The notes under the pieces: model-generated | The model's input: the letters and a program-made list of their open reading frames with translations, nothing else | The model's database searches: none | What the model was told of the DNA's origin: nothing | Position numbers and translations under genes: made by a program | In this document: piece after piece, positions 56,650 to 64,000 of the stretch | How positions within the stretch are numbered: position 1 is the stretch's first letter | How the letters are laid out: every line of letters begins with the position of its first letter | Assembly (NCBI GenBank): GCA_964526345.1 | Contig: CAZGKI010000003.1 | Span: 94,625-158,624, forward strand | DNA length: 64,000 nt | Direction: 5' to 3' | Origin: an uncultured Rikenellaceae bacterium | GTDB taxonomy: Bacteria; Bacteroidota; Bacteroidia; Bacteroidales; VadinHA17

Positions 56650-56687
56650 GTAAAAATGTTTTACACATGACAGTAAAAAATGTTTAC
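56650..56687. promoter_or_regulatory. Two tandem palindromes: candidate enhancer (UAS) sites for the adjacent NtrC-type regulator
   Basis: GTAAAA-atg-TTTTAC (56650-56664) and GTAAA-aaatg-TTTAC (56673-56687) have centres 23 bp apart. They lie about 55-90 bp upstream of the TGGCA motif. Confidence 0.35.
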
Positions 56688-56740
56688 TATTCAGAGCAGC
56701 GTGTTTTTATATATAGCAGAATATCAGATCAATATGATTT

Positions 56741-56756
56741 TGGCATTAAAATAGTA
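56741..56756 (+). promoter_or_regulatory. Weak candidate sigma-54 -24/-12 promoter (TGGCAT-N5-TAGT)
   Basis: The GG and the -12-region G have canonical spacing relative to TGGCAC-N5-TTGC, but the -12 element matches only 2 of 4 positions. It lies about 40 nt upstream of the first FtsX-permease ATG. Confidence 0.3.
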
Positions 56757-56794
56757 TTGTATTAAAGATTTATATTCATGAATTTTTACAGGAT

Positions 56795-59104
56795 ATGATA
56801 AAGCTGGTTATGCTTATACGAAGCCTTTTTAAAAACAGGACTACATCTGTAATTACCATAGCCGGATTTTCCATAAGCATTTCGATGGCGATAATTATGA
56901 TAGCCTTTCTTATTAATGAATTCAGTGTTGATAAGGGATATCCAAATATAAACCTCATTTACAGGGTTATTGCCAATAATAATTTAGCATCGGTCAGAGA
57001 GGATTTTCGTGAATATTTTCTTCATAACTATCCTTCTGTTAAAGATGCATGCAGGTATAACAGTTATGGGGCTACAGTTACAAGTGATGATAAGCCTTTC
57101 AGAGGGCAGATGATTGTGACTGACTCTTCTTTCTTTAATATATTTTCATCCAGATTCATTATAGGAAACCCTCTTTCATCATTCAGTAATCCAAATGATA
57201 TTATTCTGACCGAAAGCTTCTCCAGGAAAATTTTTGGTGAAGAATATCCCATAGGAAAAACACTCATAGCGGAGTATATGACTCCTCTTGTGGTAAGTGG
57301 CGTGGTTAAAGATTTTCCTGAAAATTCAAGTATTCAGGGTGATTTTTTTACAAATTCAAAGGTGAAAATCATATACGAAGGGAGTAGTGATGGTCTTGGG
57401 AACCAGGTAAACTATTTCAGGGAATTTATACTGGTCAGGGCAGGTACAAATATTTCAGGACTTGAAAAATTACTTACTCAAGACATAACTTCCATCAAAT
57501 ACGTTGTGGGCTATTCAATTGAAAATATCACCCTTGTACCTTTCAGAAAATCTTATTTTATACAGGGTATAAACAGGAGCCAGACAGCTCATGCTAACCT
57601 TAAACTGATCTGGTTACTTTCAATAATTACCTGTTTGATAGTACTGTTAGCAGTGTTCAATTATATAAATCTGACCACTGCCAGCCATACAGGCAGGTTA
57701 AAGGAGATCGCCATAAAAAAATCACTTGGTGCTTCAAGATTCCTGATTTTCATTCAGTTTATTTCAGAATCTTTCCTTGTATGTTTTATCTCATTCCTTA
57801 TTGCCCTGTTAATATCTTCATTATGGGTTCCCTTTTTTGAAAGATTCCTGGGGAAAAGCATTAACCTGTCGCTTTTATATTCACCTGTATGGTTAGGATG
57901 GCTTATTTCCGGAATTCTCGTTATTTCATTTATATCAGGGATTTATCCTGCAGTTCTGATCTCTGGACTCAGACCTGTTAATATCCTGATGAAGCGTGGA
58001 GGAGTTATTCAGAATTCACTAGGTTTAAGAGCTATATTAAATATCTTCCAGTATGCTGTTTCAGTTACCCTTATTATTGCACTGATTGTAATTTCAAGGC
58101 AGATTGAATATGTCAGGACCAGGGATTTCGGATTTAATACGAGCAGTTTATTAAGGGTTGATATTCACTGGCGTCTGGCAGAAAAGTGCCATATACTAAG
58201 GGATAAACTATTATCAGTTCCGACAGTTGAGAATTTGTGTTTTTCACATGGCACACCCGGAAATATCCGATCAACGTCGTCCTGGGATTTTCAGGGGAAG
58301 GAAAATATTGTAAATGACCTGACTGTTGATTCAGCATTTTTTAAGGTGTTCCGGATTCCTATCATTAATGGAAGAGAACCCGTACAATCAGATTTCAATA
58401 AGGTATGTTATATCAATGAAACGGCATTTCAGGAAACAGGATGGGACACCTTTGAAGGTAAAAAATATCATGGTAAGGAAATAATTGGTTTGGTTAAAGA
58501 TTTTCATTTTGCTGATATGTATAATAAAATTGCGCCGCTCGTCATTATTATTTCTTCCGAGATGGGTGTTTCCCATTTGACATTAAGAATAACCTCGAAT
58601 AATATTCCCGGTACTTTAAACGCCCTGACAGACATATGGAAAGAAGTATGCCCCGGGTATGAGTTGAAATACCAGTTTTATGATGAATGGCTTGACTCGA
58701 TGTACAAAGGAGAAGAGAGGTTGTCAGCCGCCATACGGCTTTTTTCCATACTGGCAATTTTCATTGCATGTCTTGGTATAATTGGTCTGGCAGAGTTCTC
58801 AATAAAGAAAAGGACTAAAGAGATCGGACTCCGTAAGGTAAACGGGGCTAATATAGCTGAAGTAATGTTCTTACTTAACTGGGAGTTCATAAAGTGGGTT
58901 GTGTACTCGTTAATGATTGCTGTACCTGTTGCATGGTTTATCTTAAATAAATGGCTTCAGAATTTTGCTTACCGGACAAATTTAAGCTGGTGGTTTTTTG
59001 TCCTTGGAGGTTTGATAGCTATGATAATTGCACTTGTTACAATAAGCTGGCAGAGCTGGAGAGCAGCAACGAGGAACCCGGTTGAAGCTTTGAGATATGA
59101 ATGA
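56795..59104 (+). CDS. MacB/FtsX-family ABC transporter permease, paralogue 1 (two FtsX 4-TM modules with large extracytoplasmic domains)
   Basis: 769 aa. It has an N-terminal TM helix, a MacB-like periplasmic domain, TM bundles, a second periplasmic domain, and the family-typical C-terminus LQNFAYRTNLSWWFF...SWQSWRAATRNPVEALRYE. Confidence 0.85.
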   Translation: MIKLVMLIRSLFKNRTTSVITIAGFSISISMAIIMIAFLINEFSVDKGYPNINLIYRVIANNNLASVREDFREYFLHNYPSVKDACRYNSYGATVTSDDKPFRGQMIVTDSSFFNIFSSRFIIGNPLSSFSNPNDIILTESFSRKIFGEEYPIGKTLIAEYMTPLVVSGVVKDFPENSSIQGDFFTNSKVKIIYEGSSDGLGNQVNYFREFILVRAGTNISGLEKLLTQDITSIKYVVGYSIENITLVPFRKSYFIQGINRSQTAHANLKLIWLLSIITCLIVLLAVFNYINLTTASHTGRLKEIAIKKSLGASRFLIFIQFISESFLVCFISFLIALLISSLWVPFFERFLGKSINLSLLYSPVWLGWLISGILVISFISGIYPAVLISGLRPVNILMKRGGVIQNSLGLRAILNIFQYAVSVTLIIALIVISRQIEYVRTRDFGFNTSSLLRVDIHWRLAEKCHILRDKLLSVPTVENLCFSHGTPGNIRSTSSWDFQGKENIVNDLTVDSAFFKVFRIPIINGREPVQSDFNKVCYINETAFQETGWDTFEGKKYHGKEIIGLVKDFHFADMYNKIAPLVIIISSEMGVSHLTLRITSNNIPGTLNALTDIWKEVCPGYELKYQFYDEWLDSMYKGEERLSAAIRLFSILAIFIACLGIIGLAEFSIKKRTKEIGLRKVNGANIAEVMFLLNWEFIKWVVYSLMIAVPVAWFILNKWLQNFAYRTNLSWWFFVLGGLIAMIIALVTISWQSWRAATRNPVEALRYE

Positions 59105-59170
59105 CCCCCTCTCCCGCCAGGGCGGGATCTCCCCCACGGGGGAGATTGACCCCAAACCCCCCAAGGGAGG
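59105..59170. repeat. GC mini-hairpin cluster between FtsX paralogues 1 and 2
   Basis: TCCCGC-cagg-GCGGGA lies at 59112-59127, ATCTCCCC-cacg-GGGGAGAT at 59127-59146, and CCCCCC-AA-GGGAGG at 59157-59170. Confidence 0.75.
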
Positions 59171-59196
59171 CTTACGGATAATAATAAGAATTAAAA

Positions 59197-61563
59197 ATGA
59201 AATTAATAATTCGTAATCTTTTAAGGTACAAGCTCTTTTCGGGGTTAAATCTGGTTGGATTAAGCATCGGACTGACAAGTGTATTGATAATAGCCGCATG
59301 GGTCTATAATGAGTCGCGTTATGATAAATTCAATAAAAATTATGATAGTATTTATCAGGTTAACTTCAAAAATGATAAAGGCGAGTTTAGTATGGCAGGA
59401 ACTCCAGCTCCACTTGCACTTGAAATTATTAATGATGTCGCTGCCGTTGAATCTGCTGTAAGGCTAAGAAATGCACCTGCCTTTGCATTCAGATATGAAA
59501 ACAATATGTATTTTGAAGAACATGGAATTACATCCGACCCTCAACTATTTGATATTTTCAGTTTTAAAACTATTGAAGGTGATCCGAAAGAGGCTCTTGA
59601 CAATTCGAACAGTATTGTGATCACCAGGTCATTTGCCAAACGATATTTTGGTTCAGCAGAACCGTTAAATAAGGAAATACAGATTGAGGGGCAGGGATAT
59701 CTTGTAGTGATGGCAGTAATTGAAGATCTCCCGCTTAATTCACATATTCAGTTTGATTATCTTTTATCACAAAAGTTTGCAGAGGAAAATCATCTTTGTG
59801 GAATGGAATGGGGCGATCCAAATTTCAGGACCTATATTTTACTTCAAAGAAACGCCAATCCAGACGAGGCTGCAAAAGCAATTACCCAGGTTGCATATAA
59901 TAAAGGTATGCCTCATGTGAAGTACGGTAGAAATGAAGTAATTCTCAGGCCGTTAAAAAGCATTTATCTTGATTATAAAGTCCATAACAGGTTAGGAAAA
60001 ACAGGAGATTACCGGTATTTGTATATTTTCAGCACAATTGCTCTTTTAATTCTGATCCTGGCCTGTATCAATTACGTTAATCTTACTATATCACTTCATG
60101 TTAAAAAATACAAAAGCACCTCAATCAGAAAAGTCTTTGGTGCCAGCGGGTTTATAATATTCCGCGATAACTTTTTTGAAAGTGCAGCTATGGTTTTTCT
60201 GTCTTTTGTGTTGTCTGTGGCGATTTTATGGCTTTTTAGCCCGATATTTCCGGCATTTATAAATAGCCTGATAAATAAACAGTTACTTAACCCCTTTTTT
60301 ATTAGTCTTACCGGGAGTCTTTTTATTGCCACAATAATTTTATGCTCAGTTTACCCTTCTCTTATTCTTTCTGGCTCCAGATCAATCGAAATAATGAGCG
60401 GGTTTTCAAGAAAAAAAACAGGATTTTTGAGAAGCCTTGTTATATTTCAGAACATTATAGCAATCATTCTGATTACTGCTGTAATAGTGATGAACAAACA
60501 AATGCAATTTATCAGGCATAAGAAACTTGGTTTTAATACTGAACATATTGCTTATACTTATTTAAGGGGAAACATATATAAAAAGATCAATACAGTTAGA
60601 AATGTTTTATCAGAAAATCCTGATATTACAGAGATCAGCTTAAAGGATTGTCTCCCTTATAACCAGGTGAACGGTACAGTTGGTATTTCATGGAAACTGA
60701 ACGGGGAGTGGCAAAACGACGGGAAAGCCAATCCAATAAGTATGGAAACAACCAGAATTGATGATGAGTATCTTAAAATGATGGATGTGGAATTTGTTTA
60801 TGGGCGCAACTTTTCAAGAGAGATCGCCGGTGATAGACAAGATTATATAGTAAATGAAAAAGCAGTGCATCTGATGGGATTAACCGATCCAATCGGGACA
60901 GAATTTATGCTCTATGGAAGGAAGGGGAAAATAATCGGAGTAATTAAGGATTCATATTTCAAATCTTTACATGAGCTCATCAATCCCCAGGTCTTCCATT
61001 TGTACAGTGATGAAACATCAGAATCCTATTTAAGTGCATTATTCTTTAAAATTAGCGGAAATTTAAATGGCACAATATCCTATGTTCGGAAAATATGGAG
61101 CCAGTATAACCCCGGAATTCCATTTGAATATCATTTTTTAGATCAGGATTATGAAGCATTGTATGAGACAGATAACCATATTGCAGGTATGATTGTCCTC
61201 TTTTGTTCACTGGCAGTTTTTATAGCTTGTCTGGGGTTGTTTGGGCAAGCAGTTATTTCCATTGAAAACAGCATAAAGGGAATCGGAATCAGAAAAGTGA
61301 ATGGAGCGAGAGTAATCGAGATTATTATTATGCTTAACAAAAATTTTATTACATGGATCGCTATAGCTTTTATTATTGCAATACCGATAGCCATGTATGG
61401 TATGCAAAAATGGCTGCAAAATTTTGCTTATAAAACCGAACTCAGCTGGTGGATATTTGTGCTGGCAGGTGTGATAGCGTTTGGTATTGCATTACTCACT
61501 GTCAGCTGGCAAAGCTGGAGAGCAGCAACGAGGAATCCGGTTGAAGCACTCAGGTATGAATAA
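59197..61563 (+). CDS. MacB/FtsX-family ABC transporter permease, paralogue 2
   Basis: 788 aa with the same architecture and C-terminus (LQNFAYKTELSWWIF...SWQSWRAATRNPVEALRYE). Confidence 0.85.
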   Translation: MKLIIRNLLRYKLFSGLNLVGLSIGLTSVLIIAAWVYNESRYDKFNKNYDSIYQVNFKNDKGEFSMAGTPAPLALEIINDVAAVESAVRLRNAPAFAFRYENNMYFEEHGITSDPQLFDIFSFKTIEGDPKEALDNSNSIVITRSFAKRYFGSAEPLNKEIQIEGQGYLVVMAVIEDLPLNSHIQFDYLLSQKFAEENHLCGMEWGDPNFRTYILLQRNANPDEAAKAITQVAYNKGMPHVKYGRNEVILRPLKSIYLDYKVHNRLGKTGDYRYLYIFSTIALLILILACINYVNLTISLHVKKYKSTSIRKVFGASGFIIFRDNFFESAAMVFLSFVLSVAILWLFSPIFPAFINSLINKQLLNPFFISLTGSLFIATIILCSVYPSLILSGSRSIEIMSGFSRKKTGFLRSLVIFQNIIAIILITAVIVMNKQMQFIRHKKLGFNTEHIAYTYLRGNIYKKINTVRNVLSENPDITEISLKDCLPYNQVNGTVGISWKLNGEWQNDGKANPISMETTRIDDEYLKMMDVEFVYGRNFSREIAGDRQDYIVNEKAVHLMGLTDPIGTEFMLYGRKGKIIGVIKDSYFKSLHELINPQVFHLYSDETSESYLSALFFKISGNLNGTISYVRKIWSQYNPGIPFEYHFLDQDYEALYETDNHIAGMIVLFCSLAVFIACLGLFGQAVISIENSIKGIGIRKVNGARVIEIIIMLNKNFITWIAIAFIIAIPIAMYGMQKWLQNFAYKTELSWWIFVLAGVIAFGIALLTVSWQSWRAATRNPVEALRYE

Positions 61564-61591
61564 AACGAATCTGAAATAAATAACCCTGATT

Positions 61592-64000
61592 ATGAGCGGA
61601 CTATACTTAAAAGTTGCAATACGTAGAATTTCAAGGAATTTAAAATCAAACCTGCTTATTTTTATTGGACTGACCATTGGATTGACCAGTTGTTTTGTTA
61701 TCTACACAAAGATAAATTATGAACGGAGCTTCGATAAAACACATTCTCAAAATAGAAATATCTTCAGAGTTGTGCGGGTTACTTCAGGACTAGAGTACAC
61801 AGCCGGTGGATTGGAATACCGGACAGGAGTCTTTTCAGCCTTCCCGGAGGAGATTAAAAGGAATATCCCTGATTTACAAAATGTTGTTACCATGTTTTAC
61901 GTTTATGGTCAGAAAATCGTACTCCCCGCACAGGAAAATACCGTTGAAAAGTCATTTGTTCTTGAGGATGGCGTTGTCTTTACTGAACCTTCATTTTTTG
62001 AAGTTTTTGATTTTGGGAATGCTAGTATAAAATGGCTGAAAGGCGAGGGCAGGAAGGTTCTGGAACAACCATTTACTGCTGTGATTACCGAGGAAACTTC
62101 ACAAAGACTATTTTCAGATGATGATGCTCTTGGCAGGGATATTATATTGTTTGGAACGAGATTTACAGTCGAAGGTGTAATTCAGAATTTTCCAAAAAAT
62201 ACCGATTTCCCGTTTAAAGTTATCCTGTCCTTGCCTACTTATTATGAGAAGCTTAATCCCGGATCCGCAACTGACTGGGGAAATCTTTCCGATAATTTTC
62301 AATGTTATGTTGTTTTAAATAAGAAGAGCGATAGAGAATCAATCGAAAAGAAATTCAAAGAGCTTTATTCTCCTCATGCAGATGGTGATTATGCTGAGCG
62401 ACGACTCTTTAAATTACAACCTCTCTCACAGGTACACAAAGAAGCCAGGTTTGGTAACTATAATAACCGCACTGTAAGTGGTGGATTACTATTGGCCCTG
62501 ACTGTTATCGGAAGTTTTATTTTTCTGATAGCATGTTTCAATTACAGTAACTTTTTTCTGGCTGAAACTTTCAAGCAGAATAAACAAATTGCACTAAAGA
62601 TTATCCTGGGTAGCAAACCTGTATCCATTTTCATTCAGTTTCTTACCGAATCTCTGTTCGTATACTCCCTTGCCCTGCTGCTAAGCCTGGAATTGACATT
62701 ATCTGTTATTAGAAATTTTTACTCTTTCATCGATATCCAGATGGGATATATTCCTGAGATAAATTTTTCTGCTATATTGTTTGTTCTTTTACTACTGATA
62801 AGCGGAGGAGTTCTTTCAGTTGTATTCTCTATCTTTAATTTAAATCTCAGGTCCTTATCCTCTCTGTTAAGAGGGCGTAATTCGGGCGTTTCAGGAATGG
62901 GAAACAATTTCGGGAAATCAAGTATTATTCTTCAGTTTGTTGTAGCGCAAGCAGTTATAATAGCGACACTCTTTATTGTCAAACAAATATATTTCATCAA
63001 TCATTCCAAACTTGGCTATAATACTGATAATATCATTTATGCCAGATTACCGGAGAATCCAAAGTCAAAACTGACAGCATTATCCAATGAATTGTTTTCC
63101 ATTTCCGGAGTTAAGGGGGTAAGTTATAGTTCCGTTGTACCTGCCGAATCGCAGCAATGGACATCATTCAGTCTTTATAAAAATAATGAAGAAAAAAGAA
63201 TTGATGCTGAAATAAAATTAATCGACAGTTCTTATCTAAATTTATATTCCTTCAGGCTGATAGCCGGGCACAATTTTTCTTTGCACGATACTGCAGGGGC
63301 AATTATTTTAAATAGAGAATTTTTACTCGAAATAGGTCTCAAAAATTCAGATGAAGCCATTGGAACTATTATAAAAGGACCCGGAGGTATGAGGTTATAT
63401 ATTACAGGTGTTGTCGAAGATTTTCATTCCGGATCACTCCACGAAGAAATAAGACCTTGTGTATTTTTAAACAATCCTGCAGGATACAGAACTGTGAATA
63501 TAAAACTATCATATTCAGGAGCTGCGGGCAGGAGCAGACTTAAAATACTGCCAGACGATATTGATAAGTTAGATAAAATCTGGAAGAGAATTTTCCCAGA
63601 CCAGGTATTTCCGTACAAATTTCTTAGTGACAGAATAGCTGACTATTATATTTCTGATCATAAAGCACTGAATCTCTTTTTACTATTTGCTTCAATTACA
63701 CTCTTTTTAAGCGTTCTTGGAATTTTAGGTCTGTCATTAAGTATGAACGAAAGAAGAACAAAAGAAATAGGTTTGCGCAGGGTAAATGGTGCTACAATAA
63801 TGCAGGTAATTGTTTTGCTAAATAAGGATTTTGTGAATTGGATAGTTCTGGCATTCATTGTAGCCACTCCTGTTGCCTGGTTGTCAATGCACAAATGGCT
63901 TCAGAATTTTGCATATAAAACGGAGCTAAGCTGGTGGATTTTTGCTCTGGCAGCAATGATTGCTCTGGCTATTGCTTTGTTAACTGTCAGCTGGCAAAGT
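61592..64000 (+). CDS. MacB/FtsX-family ABC transporter permease, paralogue 3 (3' end just beyond the window; absent from the supplied ORF track)
   Basis: My manual translation from the ATG at 61592 is open for 803 codons to nt 64000. It runs MSGLYLKVAIRRISRNLKSNLLIFIGLTIGL ... KWLQNFAYKTELSWWIFALAAMIALAIALLTVSWQS. Confidence 0.85.
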   Translation, partial: MSGLYLKVAIRRISRNLKSNLLIFIGLTIGLTSCFVIYTKINYERSFDKTHSQNRNIFRVVRVTSGLEYTAGGLEYRTGVFSAFPEEIKRNIPDLQNVVTMFYVYGQKIVLPAQENTVEKSFVLEDGVVFTEPSFFEVFDFGNASIKWLKGEGRKVLEQPFTAVITEETSQRLFSDDDALGRDIILFGTRFTVEGVIQNFPKNTDFPFKVILSLPTYYEKLNPGSATDWGNLSDNFQCYVVLNKKSDRESIEKKFKELYSPHADGDYAERRLFKLQPLSQVHKEARFGNYNNRTVSGGLLLALTVIGSFIFLIACFNYSNFFLAETFKQNKQIALKIILGSKPVSIFIQFLTESLFVYSLALLLSLELTLSVIRNFYSFIDIQMGYIPEINFSAILFVLLLLISGGVLSVVFSIFNLNLRSLSSLLRGRNSGVSGMGNNFGKSSIILQFVVAQAVIIATLFIVKQIYFINHSKLGYNTDNIIYARLPENPKSKLTALSNELFSISGVKGVSYSSVVPAESQQWTSFSLYKNNEEKRIDAEIKLIDSSYLNLYSFRLIAGHNFSLHDTAGAIILNREFLLEIGLKNSDEAIGTIIKGPGGMRLYITGVVEDFHSGSLHEEIRPCVFLNNPAGYRTVNIKLSYSGAAGRSRLKILPDDIDKLDKIWKRIFPDQVFPYKFLSDRIADYYISDHKALNLFLLFASITLFLSVLGILGLSLSMNERRTKEIGLRRVNGATIMQVIVLLNKDFVNWIVLAFIVATPVAWLSMHKWLQNFAYKTELSWWIFALAAMIALAIALLTVSWQS

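Noticed and set aside
1-64000. Mobile genetic element, prophage or defence island (transposase, integrase, recombinase, RT, toxin-antitoxin, restriction-modification)
   Set aside because: No ORF shows the corresponding catalytic motifs. Gene content is mostly housekeeping with consistent composition. Only the GxxExxY gene and the repeat families hint at selfish DNA.

Overview
This 64 kb window is a low-GC (about 40%) chromosomal segment that looks like Bacteroidota. Support: a SusC/SusD pair, exact TAnnTTTG -7 boxes in front of several genes, tight operons with overlapping stop/start codons, and coaX / OM barrel / lptC / CNNM-hemolysin synteny. Most of it is housekeeping: lysS, dat, fucK, fucI, lipA, lipB, recJ, purE, hpt, adk, obg, lplA, plsC, parE, parC, aroK, gpmI, coaX and mfd. 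I recognised no rRNA, tRNA, CRISPR array, transposase, integrase or phage gene.

Five things are less ordinary:
1. At least seven intergenic loci carry a modular repeat family. It is built from helically phased CACAGAG/CTCTGTG heptamers (spacing 10-11-10 bp) plus a GC hairpin. One copy encloses a GxxExxY PD-(D/E)XK gene, and another copy with the same modules has no gene.
2. Three other intergenic repeat families are present: C5-6-N4-G5-6 mini-hairpins, GGGGAGAG elements, and a nested GTCATTCCGAGCG palindrome.
3. A 12-TM/HEAT/cNMP-like membrane protein sits next to an nSTAND1-type P-loop NTPase that has a TM helix, a coiled coil and a 7-bladed WD40 propeller.
4. A divergent module pairs a sigma-54 two-component system (an intramembrane-type histidine kinase and an NtrC-type regulator) with three tandem MacB/FtsX-type permease paralogues. 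The third paralogue is missing from the supplied ORF track because it runs off the window.
5. A SusC/SusD locus has two lipoproteins and no enzyme or regulator.

All functional calls rest on motif recognition by eye. No database search was run.
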